Shown here: one piece after another, positions 11,401 through 24,164 of the stretch
Layout: each line of letters opens with the position of its first letter
How positions within the stretch are numbered: the first letter of the stretch is position 1
Origin: Camelus dromedarius
Taxonomy: Eukaryota
Length of the DNA: 64,000 bases
Assembly (NCBI RefSeq): GCF_036321535.1
Contig: NC_087439.1
Span: forward strand, 30,380,001-30,444,000
Direction of reading: 5' to 3'
The notes under the pieces: model-generated
Told to the model about the DNA's origin: nothing
Databases searched by the model: none
The model's input: the letters and a program-made list of their open reading frames with translations, nothing else
Program-made: the position numbers and the translations under genes

Positions 11401-11439
11401 TACCAGCAATAATAATGATAAGTAGCAATACTTCTACAG

Positions 11440-11680
11440 TGTTTACTATGAAGCAGACTTTGTTCTAAAACACTTTATATGTATCATTTTATTTAATTTA
11501 TTTGTCAACCCTAAGAAATAGGTACTATTATTGCTCCTATTTAACAGAGGAAGAAAATTGAGTCACAGAAACGTTCAGTAATTTGCCCAAGGTCACATGA
11601 TCAGTATGTGATGAAGGCAGAATTTTAATCCGGGATGTGATGCCCAAGAGCCTGTGAGCTTAATAACTGCAAACTAGAAA
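11440..11680 (-). mobile_element. MIR SINE
   Basis: ggtactattattgctcctatttaacagaggaagaaaattgagtcacagaaacgttcagtaatttgcccaaggtcaca. Confidence 0.8.
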
Positions 11681-12539
11681 AACATATAAATCTAAGCAAG
11701 CCAAGAAATTGATGTGTTTCATCTCACATATTTCAGCCCAGGAAAAAGCATGGAGAAATCCACTTTGTAATGACTTTTTTTAAAGCCTGATTTGTGGCCA
11801 TAATTGACCTACTACTTTGATAACCACAAATACAATATTTTGTGACTTGTGTTTCTTGGACTGGATCTAGTCTGTCTGCAAAGGCAGCCTGCTCATCAGG
11901 CACTAGGGTGCTCCCTTTCCAAGTCACATGGCCTATGTTTGTTCTCATGGGAACAAGAATAGCGACAACAGTAGCTGTTGCTCAGAACACAAAAGAGAAG
12001 ATAAGCCTAAAAGCTAGACTGTGTGAACCTATCAGCCTTTTTCACAGCCTTTCCCACACTTGCTGGTGTCACAAGGTGATGCAACCTGAGGCTCAAGCAT
12101 GATATCAATGCTCAACCGACGCTGCGTGAATTAATACCCACCCTTCCCGAGATACTGGAACAGGTGCTTTTGGTGCTCAAGTCCCATCCCTGGATCCACC
12201 TCAGACTCCAGCGCAGCTGCGTGGACAGCTTGGTGCAGGCTCTTTGCTCTTCTGCTTCAGGGCCTCCCTCAAACTCAAGGAGGCCTACTGAGCCTAAAAA
12301 GGCTGGAAAAGCTCCCAGGACAAACTTCAGCATGTGAAGTATGGGTGAGCAAAGTTATTTAAGTCTGCACAGTTGAGTTACAAGGGATGAAGAATATTTA
12401 AAGACAAATAGTCATCCAGAAATTGGATGGTGCTAGGAGAAGGGCCTAGGAAACAGAGCAACACCTATTCTGTCATTGTTTGCAGGAGGGAATTAATAGA
12501 GACTCAAAAGGAATAGAGGATTAAGGACATTGTACAAAG

Positions 12540-13830
12540 CTATATATGGCAGTCATACAGAATAAACATGAAAACTTTCACATTTCAAGAATACAGATAT
12601 ACACACAGCAATGGAAATAGAGATCTTATAGAAAACCATACAAAGTAAGAATAAAACCAGAAATGATGATGTTGAATATTACACACACCTAAGATCAAAT
12701 ATTATTTTCATATTAATAAACATATTAATGGATAGATTTGCCTACTAAAAAGAAAATATGTTTTATTAGAGCTACAAAGGTAAACTCAATTGCATGTTTA
12801 TACAATAGATGCGTCAAATGATTCAGAAAGGTTGAAAATTAAAATAGGGGGAAATGCACATGAGGAAAATACAAACAGGTAGAAAAGTAGGGGTCATAGT
12901 CCTAGAAAGAATGAATTTAGAGGAAAATATACTAGTAATAGAATTATGGGCAACTTGGGTAAAGGATAAAATTTATTGTATTTAGCAGTTATGGGTATTC
13001 ATATACTAAGTAATCTAGCATTAATAATCATAAAGCAAATAGTACAGGAACTCCAAAGAAAAATAAGAAGAATCACAGTAGGAGAAACAGACTCTTATTT
13101 ACTATCATTCTGTGCTTGAGCAAGTTTAGAAAACAATTAAGGATATAGGAGACATAAATAACAGAATTAATAAGATAACTCTACTTGATTTTCAATCCTG
13201 AACACAGAACATATTTGGGGGTACCCTTAGAACAATAAAAAAATTTGGCCACAAAGAAAATCTGATAAATTCATAAAATAGTAACAGAGACAATATTCTC
13301 TGACAGCTATGTAATAGTACTAAAATTAATGCAGAAATCAGAAACAAACAAAAATACCATGCCACCTCTAAATCAGAAGATCTCCTCTTAAAAAATTCTC
13401 AGGTCAAAGATTCAAGTATGTATTAGAATTTTGGATTTAGGTAAAGTGGTTCTTGCAAGAAAATACCTAGCACTAAAACCTTAGGCCAATCAACAAGAAA
13501 GAATATAAATAGATGAATCAAACACACAAATAAAAAAGCTAGGAAAAACCCAAAACAAACCAAATGAAAGCAGAAATAATTAATTAATAAGATAAATGCA
13601 AAAAAGTGTATTAAAAATAATTAGGTAACAGTTATAAAATTAATAACCAAATTGATAAGTTATTTCTTTGAAAAGTCTGTAAAGTTTCAAGATATTAGTT
13701 AACCTAGTCATGAAAAAATGAAGAATGTAAAACTACAGAAACAAAAAATTACAATGTGGGAGTAACCCAAAGAATTTATAAAAAGAAACTGTTGACACGA
13801 CTTAGTTCAACATTCTGCAAGCAAGTTTGA
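12540..13830 (+). mobile_element. Old L1 (L1M) fragment, ORF2 endonuclease region, degenerate
   Basis: Very A-rich + strand with L1-like segments (gaaaggttgaaaattaaaatagg, acagagacaatattctctgacagctatgtaatag, aaagcagaaataat). No open frame remains. Confidence 0.6.
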
Positions 13831-13833
13831 AGA

Positions 13834-14291
13834 AGTTAGTGGAATAATGACCATCTAAAATTCTGAAATCCTAATCCCTGGAATTTGTAAATGTTACCTT
13901 ATTTGGAACAAAGGTCTTTGCAGATGTGATTTAATTAAAGATTCTGAGATAAGGAAATTACCCTGAATTATTCAGAGAGGCTCTAAATCCAATGACAAGA
14001 GTCCTTACAAAAGACAGCTTAGAGAAGGAAACTCAAAGAGGAGAAGGAGGTAATGTGACCACAGAGGCAGAGGTTGGAGTGATGTGTCCACAAGCCAAAG
14101 AACATCTAGAGTCCACAGGAGCTGGAGGAGGCGAAGTAAGGATCCACCCCCAGAGTCTTCGGAGGAGCATGGCCCTGCTCACACTATGCTTTCAGACCTC
14201 AGGCCTCCAGAACTGTGAAAGAGTAATTTATGTTGTTTTAAACTTCCCAGTTTGTGATCATTTGTTACAATAGCCCCTGGAAATTAATGCA
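13834..14291 (+). mobile_element. MLT1C/D-type MaLR solo LTR
   Basis: ctaatccctggaatttgtaaatgttacctta...ggtctttgcagatgtgatt...aatgtgaccacagaggcagaggttggagtgatg...ggcctccagaactgtgaaag...tgttacaatagcccctggaaattaatgca. Confidence 0.9.
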
Positions 14292-14774
14292 CAGAAAATG
14301 AAATATATGAATCTTAAGTGCACGATTCTCTACACGTTGTGAGTGTAAAATGTTGTATCTATTTCTTCCATTTCCTTTTCCAATGCTATTTCTTGCCCTC
14401 ATAGCGTCACCTTCTAGCCCCAACAAACAGCACATGCAAAAGTCCTCAGGCAAGAAAGAAAGTAGTCTGTTCAAGGAACCAGAGAAAGACCGGTCTGTCC
14501 AGAGCGTGTGGCACTGGCAAGACTTTCCTGACAAGAGTTCCTAATTTACGAGGAATTCTGGTACCAGCCGTTAAGATAATATATATATTTAAACTCATCT
14601 ACACACTTTTCATCTGAAGTGGTTCCCCAAAGTCTGGCTGAGTTAGATAATCAAAGAATCAGAGGATTACACAAAGGAGAAAGAAATAAGGACAAATTAG
14701 TAAGGCAGAAAGATCTGCGAGGTATAGAACAAAAGTGGCTGCACTGACTTCTCATTCTTCAGCCACAAAATGGA

Positions 14775-14775
<1 letters not shown>

Positions 14776-14818
<43 letters not shown>

Positions 14819-14842
14819 ACTCACACACACAGACACACACAC
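14776..14842. repeat. Compound (TC)n/(CACT)/(CA)n microsatellite
   Basis: Read directly from the sequence. Confidence 0.95.
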
Positions 14843-15109
14843 GCAAGACTGGTGCCACCACTGTGTCAACAATCTCATAAACAGTAACAGTTATTTCAAC
14901 ATCTCAACCCACTCAGTGTATTCAAATAAAATGGAAGGAGTTAGAGCAAATGATTTCTTCTGCTTGTTTTCATTTCATTGTTTGGCTGTTTGCATTACTA
15001 TACACTCAATATTTTTGTCATGGATTATTAAAAGAAATCAGGAACAGCTGCTGGCGGCTGCAGGCTTATTTGTTTGAAGTACCATACCACTCCTCTTAAA
15101 ACATACAAG

Positions 15110-15144
15110 CACACGCACACACACACACACACACACGCACGCGC
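15110..15144. repeat. (CA)n microsatellite with CG interruptions
   Basis: Read directly from the sequence. Confidence 0.95.
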
Positions 15145-15733
15145 TCATGAATTTAAGCACTGAACCATGGTTGAGTAGACAGTGAAGAAAAATGTCCAGT
15201 CAGAAATGATCAGCAGACCAGTTTCCCTATAATTCCAAGATAAATACATCAAGTCCTCAAAGGGCTAAGAATTAATCATTGTTTCAGTCTTCTTCCTTCC
15301 TTCCTATCCCCTTTAAATAATGGAAACCCCTATTTTGGTCTAAGATTTTTGTTGAATCTAGAAGGGCATCAAGCCTGCTTCTAAATTAACTACCCAGGAT
15401 CATTTTTATCGTCTACATCTGCTTTTGTCAGTTAGAACTGTCTTGTTTTAAGCAGTTGTTCAATGAGGCATATGGCAATTTATCTGGTACAGCCTACTTC
15501 TTCTACATAACCACTCAGGTACGGCGACTTCTTCAGATCCAGGAATTTCAGATTAATGTTGTCTTTGTGTTTTAGAAAGCTAGATATAATTCAAGGAATT
15601 TCTGTTATTATTTATTATAATTCTCTTATTATTTTGGAGGTATATTTGGAAAACTACATCCCTTTCCCTTCAGTACAGCTTGATTTAGATTAGAAGCATA
15701 TATGGAAACATGACATTAATTAAGAAATTTACT

Positions 15734-16072
15734 ATCACTTATATGTGGAATCTTAAAAAAAGGGACACAAATGTACTTACTTACAAAACAGAGACAGACT
15801 CACAGACATAGAAAACAAACTTATGGTTACCAGGAGGGAAAAGGGGGTGGGGAGAGATCAGTTGGGAGTTTGAAATTTGCAGATATTAATTACTATATAT
15901 AAAATAAACAACATGGTCCTACTGTATAAAGACAGCGAACTAGATTTAATACCTTGTAAGGGCCTATAATGAAAAAGAATATGAAAAGGAATTTATATAT
16001 ATATATGAACTGCTATGCTGTACACCATAAATTAACACAACAATGTAAATTGACTATACTTGAATAAAAAAA
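15734..16072 (+). mobile_element. 5'-truncated artiodactyl-type L1 3' end
   Basis: atcacttatatgtggaatct...cagactcacagacatagaaaacaaacttatggttacc...tgtaaattgactatacttgaataaaaaaa. TSD agaaatttact at 15723-15733 and 16074-16084. Confidence 0.9.
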
Positions 16073-16149
16073 GAGAAATTTACTGCATGATTAAATTATA
16101 TAGCATGTTTCAGGCAACTCTCATTTTCATCACCTTACTTCTGATTTTT

Positions 16150-16290
16150 ATAAAATTTTATAAAGAGGTGGAGGAGATATTATTATCACATTTTACAAAT
16201 GAGAAGTGTGATAAACATCAAAATAAGTTAACTTGTGAAAAGCCACCGATTAAGGAAAAAGCCTGGAGGAAAACTGGATGCTCTCACCCC
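16150..16290 (-). mobile_element. MIR fragment
   Basis: attattatcacattttacaaatgagaagtgtga. Confidence 0.5.
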
Positions 16291-16479
16291 TCCCCTAGGC
16301 CTTTTCCCGCTTCTTGGTGATACTCCTCTTCCTGTAGCTGTCACTGATTAAAGATCTGTGATTGTTCCCAATTTACCTCTCAGAGAACTGATCAGGTAGT
16401 ACAGGGTGAATGACTCACTTAACAAGTGAGCAAATCTTCAATAAGAGAAGATACGTATGATAAAAATGACATATGTCTC

Positions 16480-17110
16480 TTATTTAACTATTTATTGAGT
16501 GGTTTATATGTTCCAGGAGATTTTCTAGGCATTAGAAATAGAGTAAGAAATAAGCAGACACAATTCCAGGTCTTAACAAGCTTAGACATTTATGGAGGAA
16601 ACAATTCACAATCACACCAATGATCATACAACTAAAACTAGAAGAAAATTATGTCAAAGGAAAATACATGTCATGAAAAAATATGAGAAATCAAGTCTGT
16701 GAAACCAGGTGAAATTTCCTTGAAGGTCTGACATTTAAGTTGAAACCTGAAGGCCAGCAAGTTGGAATAAGGGCATTTTAGATGGGATATGCAAAGGCCT
16801 GGAGGCAAGAAAGAAAGTCAATGTGCAAAGAACTGGAAGAAAGCTGGTATGTTGAGTGCATTGTGAACAGGAGTAAGTGGCACCTGATGATGCTTCAGAG
16901 ACAGACCCCGGCCAGCTCATATGGAGCCTTGTGTGCAAGTTAAGGACTCTGTGTATTTCCAAAGTGAGATGGGAAGCCACCTAAGAATTTCAAATAGGTG
17001 AGCAATATGATTTGATTTCTGTTTGTAAACCAATCACTGTAGCTGCTAGGTATACGGAAGGATGGAAGAGAGGAAGATGAGTTAGGAGGCTATTGCAATA
17101 GAATTATTGT
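16480..17110 (-). mobile_element. L2 LINE fragment
   Basis: gacatttaagttgaaacctgaagg...tgcaaaggcctggaggcaagaaag...gtgagatgggaagccac...aatcactgtagctgct. Confidence 0.7.
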
Positions 17111-18305
17111 AATGATAAAATGAGAACACATTTGTGTGCACCCGCCAACATGACTTTAGTACCAGGCTTAGGCTAGGGATGCGATAGATAGCTGATAGGT
17201 TTTTCTTCCCTTCCTGAGTGACTTAATCTCATTTTGCTAACTCTCGTAATTGGAGATCTCAGATAACATGAAACATAAACAGCCATTTTGTTCTTTATCT
17301 GCAGCTAATTTCTTATTAATGTCATTTGCTTTCATAGCCATTCCAGGCTCAGTTCTATAGAAAAAACTGATTTTTTTCTTTTTTTTTGCCCACTTTTATC
17401 TGAAGCTGCACATTCATGGGGACAGCCTTATATATGTGATTTACACAGAGACATTTTGGTTGTTGCAAATAGTATCATTGGCTGGGATCTTGGGTTGACC
17501 TAAAGCAATGCAGGACTCACAATTCGCAGGATTCACAGTTCTTTCTACCACACATTTTCTCAAGAGGCTCTGTGGTAACTTGGATTCCAGATCAGTGAAA
17601 AGGATGACAGAAATTGTTGCTATTGGAGCTCATTTACACACAAGATGAAACCAGCAGGGCACATGTTCCCAGAAAAATAAAATGCAATTTAAGAAAATAA
17701 CTCTTTCAACTTTGAAAATGACATGGAGGAAATTTGGGTTCAGATTTTAAGAGGTAGGATCTGTGAAGAGTACTTATTTTAAAGCATCTCATCCCCATTC
17801 CCATCTTCAGAGTTGAATTGATGGCTGTTGCGGGACCTACAGCATTTGCACTGCTTCTGTATTGGTCCTTTTCTACTGGGTCACTCTTAAGGGAATATGA
17901 CAGTTCGGGGTCAAAAAAGCAGTAGCTATTAATTGGGCCTTTGGTTCCTGAGCTCAGAGATGGAGAAAAACTTAACTGAAGAGTGTGTTTATTCAACTGA
18001 GATATGTCAAGGAAGATATCTGATTGGCATGCAATAAAAATGAAATGTAGATTTCTCTAGAAATACCTCTTACTTACAGAGCTGACTCAAATGGGCATTA
18101 AAAAGCTTTAACATGGATGTGCGCCTTCCCAAAAGATAGGATATTCTGGTAGAGATTTAGTGGAGAAATGAGTATCATACAGGTGCCACTTCCATCTAGC
18201 AAAGAAATCTTTTCTTTTCCTATTGACACAAGGCAGAGAAAAGTCATGAGTACTTATTTGCTTGCTTTACAAATGGTTGTCACTCAAAGAAAGTCTTCCC
18301 TTTCT

Positions 18306-18306
<1 letters not shown>

Positions 18307-18336
<30 letters not shown>
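18307..18336 (+). repeat. Poly(A) run, 30 nt
   Basis: Read directly; no attached retroelement recognised. Confidence 0.95.
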
Positions 18337-18338
<2 letters not shown>

Positions 18339-18361
18339 AGTCTTTATATGACCAGCCTTAC

Positions 18362-18403
18362 CGCTGAAATTTAAGTCCACAATCTCTTCTCCAGATTCCA
18401 AAA
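18362..18403 (-). other. Candidate small exon (42 nt)
   Basis: Acceptor cactttctgagtttttag| and donor GCG|gtaagg. Open as xLESGEEIVDLNFSx (phase 1) or xFGIWRRDCGLKFQx (phase 2). Confidence 0.3.
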
Positions 18404-20262
18404 CTAAAAACTCAGAAAGTGTATATACTTTGGTACATTTGGCTCCAAAGCTCATTGGGTGACAAAATTGGATGTGAGGCTATTAATAGACTTTTTTCTA
18501 CTAAGAAAGAATATTCATTTCACTGCAGAAATTTTAACATTTATTATGTGGTGCTACTAAATGTTTGCATATATATATAAAATACAAAATATGCATTGCA
18601 TTTTCTTTCCAAAATATAAAATATTCTAAATTTTTGCCCAAGAATTTTGGATAAAGGAATGTGGATCTATGCCACACACAGCAGAAAATTTAGCACCCTG
18701 AGTCTGACCACCTCCCAGCACCCATCATTGTGGGCTAGTCCTTGTTCAAATGACCTAATCATTACCTGTAAGTCACTTTCTTCCTCTTTGGCCAGTTCGA
18801 TCTGCTCAAGGGTCACTAAAGACCAGAATCAAAGAACCACTATTGCTTTAGAACAAGAATGCCAATCTAAAATTTAGAGTTTAAAATATGTTCTGTTCAC
18901 TAAACTGCAATATCCAATAACAAAGACAACTAACAAGAAGTTTCATTCATACATTCATTCATTGAATATGAAACACTTACTATGCAATATCAACATGGTG
19001 TAGTTGAAAAAAGAATGGAGAAAAAAATCAAGAGGCTTGGGTTCTAACTGGCTTAGTCATCTAACTGCTATATAAAGTTTGACAAGTCAATTTCTTTGAG
19101 TCATTTAATGTCCATTTTACAGAAGAAAAAATCTAATACTTCCTCTGACTTCCTAGATAAGTGTAATAATTATGTTTAATAATATACTAAAAAGTGCATT
19201 TATTCATTTTATTGAGATTTTGTGCTAAATGCTTTATATGTGTCAGACAGAATTAATATGCACAGGGCATAAGATTAGGTGGGTGTGCTAGAATGGCCAA
19301 GACACATTATCTATCCTCCAAGAGCAAACTGATAGAGGAGTAACATATGGAATTACAAGGCTACTCTAGGTTTTTATTTTTTTAATCATTGATGTGCAGA
19401 ACCAAGAAAATTTGGAAGACTTCTCTTTTCTGAGTCCTTGCCAAAAAATATTTACAGAAGGGGGAAGGGAGAAAGAAGCATTTGGAAGGAATTTCATCTA
19501 AAACAGCTGCACTGCTAAGTCCCTGTTTCACATTGCCTGTTAGCTGATCTGACTTAAGACTTTTTTTAATCAAGAAACAAAATCTGTGGGGTTTGCTAGT
19601 TCAATTCATTTGCACATTCCACACAGCTACATATGGCGGCACTGGAAGGATCAAGTTTCCTTCAGCTTTATCATAAATCACAGAGATTCCAATGTGTCCT
19701 TCACAGCTTTAAGTTTTCAAAACCATCATGACTAATGAAATATTTACTCTAAGACCTACAGCCAGTCGCATGGAGTCACGTTCCTTAGAAGAGAGTCTTT
19801 GACAAAGAGCCCATCAAGAAAGCAGCTGGTGAGCCCCAGCCCCTGGCCCCACTGCATCCTCCGCTGTCCGCTTCACATCCGCCACCTTCAGGTTACCAAA
19901 TGGCACCCCTCATAAACTGTGAACACAGGCTTTCTGCTCAACTCGACGGCTTTCAGTTGGAAACTCATCAAACTTTAAGGATTCTACTTAGCAGAAAAAA
20001 AAGGCTTTCTCAAGGTTTTATTACTTTGTAAAACGTATTAGGTTTCAAATCAGGTTAATTTAAAAAAAGAAGCTAGTTGCTTTTACTTGATGTTTTTAAA
20101 GTTTTCACTTTAAAGCCAAACGATCATGATGAGGAAGTTTTCCCTTCAGACTGAACGTTGGCCAACCGTTTAGAGACAGATGAGAATGCACCCTCTCACT
20201 GAGGAAGCAGCAGTGATGTAAACAGGAAAGGGACTGAGCTTACACAGAAATGCTGTCCTTAC

Positions 20263-20279
20263 CTATCAGAATGGATCAC
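20263..20279 (-). other. Candidate microexon (17 nt)
   Basis: Acceptor ttctcttccacttcag|, exon GTGATCCATTCTGATAG, donor |gtaagg. Confidence 0.3.
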
Positions 20280-20329
20280 CTGAAGTGGAAGAGAATTTTT
20301 AAGGCTTTGGAGACTCCCTCTGAGCTCCT

Positions 20330-20788
20330 CTAATGTGACTTGGCCACTCTGCCCATTAAGAACTAAATACATTACTCTTACCTGGTCTCACTGTGTAACT
20401 GGTGTTGACCAACAGAATAGGACAGAGTGACATCCCCTTTTCTGGGTCTAGATCTGAAGAGGGCCTGCAGGTTTTGCTTCCACTTTCTTGGAACATGGAG
20501 AATGCCACGTAAGGAAACTGGTCTGGAGCCCTTGAGGATGTGGCCGCACAGACGAGAGCCCAGGTGCCCCTCTGACACAGAAACATCAACTGCAAGACAA
20601 GTGAGGAAAGGCACATTGTTCCTTTCCCCCATACGACCTGCCAGCTAAGTGCAGCCACGCACATAAGCCCAGATGAAACCAGCAGAAACCCTCCCAGGCA
20701 ACTCACAAAATCATGAAAAATATGTAAGTGTGATTTTATGCCCCTAACTTTTAATGCTTTGTTAATCAGCAGATAGGTAACAGAAACA
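20330..20788 (+). mobile_element. MLT1F/G/H-type MaLR solo LTR
   Basis: ttgaccaacagaataggacagagtgaca...ctgccagctaagtgcagccac...cccagatgaaaccagcagaa...cagataggtaacagaaaca. Confidence 0.75.
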
Positions 20789-21862
20789 TCTGTGGTCTGG
20801 TTTTGGCCTTGCCACCAATTAGTTGTGTTACATGGACAAGGTATTTCATTCTATGTATTTAGCTAAAGTCCCTCCTTGCTCCAGTATTAGGGGATTTCCC
20901 CCAAATTTGTTAACTCTCGCAGAAAGAGATGTTTCAGTAAGAATGACCACAGGATAAATCTTAAAGATGGACAGACAAAGTGGCCACCTTGTGGCAGAAC
21001 AACATGCATCTCTAAAGCACACAGTCAAACAGTCATTGCATGGCTCATTAATAGGTAAAACAGAAACTCATGCTTTGGGACAAAATAAGGGGTTCAGGCA
21101 GCCAAAGTATAAGAGAAACAGAATCAGTTTGTTCTGATCATTGCTCTGCTTTGTTTTCCATCGTGTTGAAGAGCATTTTGCAAATGAGTGTAGGTGACAA
21201 TGAATGTGATATTACAAGTTGGCTGTTACCAGGGGTCATAATCTGTTTAAACCTGTGCATACAGTTCGCATAAGTCAACTGTCAGGAACCAAAACAGGCC
21301 CATCTGCTTCCTTTAGAAATCTTACCCAGTTACTCATTTCAGCACTTTTATGAGCTAACATCATCTCTTGCAGCTAGATACTCTGCGTAATTGGTGATTT
21401 CTGATTGCCTGGCTGAAATTTTTCTCGATGCTGGTTATAATCATTGCCTGATGGGAACATTTCATAGTTCAGCATGTGTAGTCATAATTACTTTAGATTC
21501 CTATGTAAAGTTAATCAACCTTGAAGGAGCCTCCTTGGATATGACCATAGAGGTAACATGTAACATTTTGGCTATTTTACTTTGATCTCTGTCAAATAAG
21601 TAATCATCTTCTGTTTACAAAACTAGCCTAGCAAAATTAGACAGATTATGTAAAACACAACCTGCATCTTTGGCAGATATCTACACCTGGTTATTGATAT
21701 GTGTTGAATATCATTATCAAAGAAATGAAGTTACTCTGAGTGAAAGAAATGTGCACGAGGTAACATATTTCATTCTTTTAAAATTCCTAGGAAGGCTAAG
21801 TTAAATAAGGGAAGTAGTGAGAATAGCTCCGTTCCCTACTACTTTCCTTAGATTTTTCTTAC

Positions 21863-21892
21863 CTGCTGTGACTGTTACCAAGTAATGTTGAA
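21863..21892 (-). other. Candidate small exon (30 nt; 50 nt if the acceptor at 21913-21914 is used)
   Basis: Acceptor gacttttcag| (or gtcttattatag|) and near-consensus donor CAG|gtaaga. Phase-1 frame reads xQHYLVTVTAx. Confidence 0.3.
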
Positions 21893-23339
21893 CTGAAAAG
21901 TCTGTGACATTTTCTATAATAAGACAATTTCAACACCGACATAACATATAATCTCAAAGATATTTCTAGCCTCAAATACCTGCTGCTATGGCAACTTTCA
22001 AAGAACTCACTTTTCAAAATATTTGGATATACTGAGAGCTCTTTAAAAATTTACTAACTTTACCAAAAGTCTCTGATATCAACTAGTGCCTATTTTAATC
22101 TACCTGTTAAAAATATTCCTATTCATGATCATTTTTGACAACCTGTTTTAGAGGTTAAACTCTAGAGGGTAAATATATATATATACGGCAGTATTTTGAG
22201 AAGTAAAACATGAAATGTTTGAAAATATTCCATGAATGTTGAGATTGTGATGTAATTAAGGCCAGAATTATTCTGGATTCTATATTGTAAAACATGTAAA
22301 CTAGTAGAATTCATATGCTCAGTACGTGTGAACTAGTAGGATTCATATGAAGTTTTTAAGGCAGTGTTATCTACAAAGGAGATTAAGCCCTGACACATGG
22401 CTTGTACTCAAAAAATACACAGCAACTTTGGGAAGTAACAATAGGTTAATAGAAATTGCGAGGAAACTTTCTGCACGTCTGCCGCACTGTCACGTTTGAA
22501 CGGCAACATACAGTGTAGGAAAAGTCCACTTTCTCTGCCCTGGGAATCTTTTTTCTTCAATTCTTTGAAGGAAACGGTGTAGTTGAGGAGAGAAAGAAGT
22601 AGGTACAATGTTGTCACTGCCCCAAAACAGCTGTGTTTGCAGCCAACGTTCACATGGTTTCAAGCCCAGGAGAAAGCATTCCAGGAAACTAAGCTTCTCC
22701 ATGACTTTCTAAAGAAAAGCATTTCTGTGAGGCCATTCTGCAGGACAGATGAAGCTTGCTGTACATAAGGGTGTTCATCAGATGACGGAAGTTAACCATG
22801 CAGAAACCTTCCCCACCTGAGGAAAACTTAATGGTAATCTTCTGAAAGCTATCTTGATGTTCTTTCTTTTAATTTTTTAATAAACCTTGATCAGATATTA
22901 TACTTTGCCTTGATATTAAAAAAGGAGAAAGAGTTTACTTGAATTATGTATAAAGTCATTATAAAAAGACATGGACTTTAGGAAGAATTGCTTCGTAGAC
23001 AGATTTTTATTGATTTTTCTTCCATAGTTCAGATTTCATTCATTATCTGTGAATTGTTACTGTCCTAGAATTAAATTTGAATTGAGTTGAAATAGAACTG
23101 AAAAAGTCTTTGGAAAGTTCCAGTTTCAACACTGTTTAACAAAACTCTGTCTCCATGGAAAGCCTGGCCTCTCAGCACGTTTATATTTCCATCATGCTAA
23201 TTGACAGCCAGTATAAACCGAAGAATGAGAGCAAAAGTACAAAATCTGTAGGGGAGCTCAACTTCAGGAAGCAGGTTCCAGCCTCAGCTTCTTCACTCCT
23301 CATTCTCTATGTCAAGATGAAACTCATAGATCAGAGCTT

Positions 23340-23500
23340 CATGGTACCAAATAATTTAAATGTTAGGAGGAACCTAAGACATCATCTACTCCAATTCTTT
23401 CACTTTAGAGATGGACAAATTGAGGCTGAGAGACATACGGAACTTGCCTAAGAGCACACATTTACTTGGAGAAGTGATAGGACCAGAAGCTCTGGGTCAA
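23340..23500 (-). mobile_element. MIR SINE
   Basis: cattcttcactttagagatggacaaattgaggctgagagacatacggaacttgcctaagagcacaca-like antisense MIR core. Confidence 0.7.
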
Positions 23501-24164
23501 GGACCTGCTTTTCTCATCCATACAAGGGGTGGATTTAATGTACTTGAAGGTCTAGCTATATTTGATTATATTATCTCTATACATAGTAAGCACTGGAAGA
23601 GACCACAAGAGGTAGATATCTATGGTATCTACCCTGCCCTACCTCAAGGGATATTTCTGTCCATGGGAGGGGAAGGAAAGACAAAATGAAAAGTGCACAT
23701 CATGCACTGGAAACTCCTTTGTAACCCACCACTGATGCAGTCGATGCCCAGCATGCTTTTCTTGCATATTCATGAGAGATTAAGTCATTAAAATATAACC
23801 CCCGCTTCCCAGGGACAGTTGCCAGAAAAGCTCTCATTAAAATTGCATTTCTGTTTATGCAAATAACTGGTTTTGCTGCAAAAATTGGCCAGTTGATGCT
23901 GGGTATGAGTTTGCATCATGGCTGCAAGATGGATCAGGGATGAGGGAGCAGACTTCGGCTCTCAAACCTCTTTGGCCAGAGTTGAAAGTTATAGGACAAT
24001 ACAATGCAGAGAAATAATTGCCCCCATCATGTCCATTCTACCCTTTCCTATTACTCAAATCCCTAATTTGTAAATGGCATATAGCCTCTCAGAATATAGG
24101 TTATAATTTCCTATATTCCTTGCAGCTAGGTATAGCCATATGATCGACTTCTAGCTAAACTTTG

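Noticed and set aside
14405-14561. Plus-strand exon-like unit with a long pyrimidine tract and a frame containing RACGTGKTFL
   Set aside because: The first Walker A position is R rather than G or A, there is no preceding hydrophobic strand, the donor (CTG|gtacca) is weak, and the strand is opposite to the inferred host gene.
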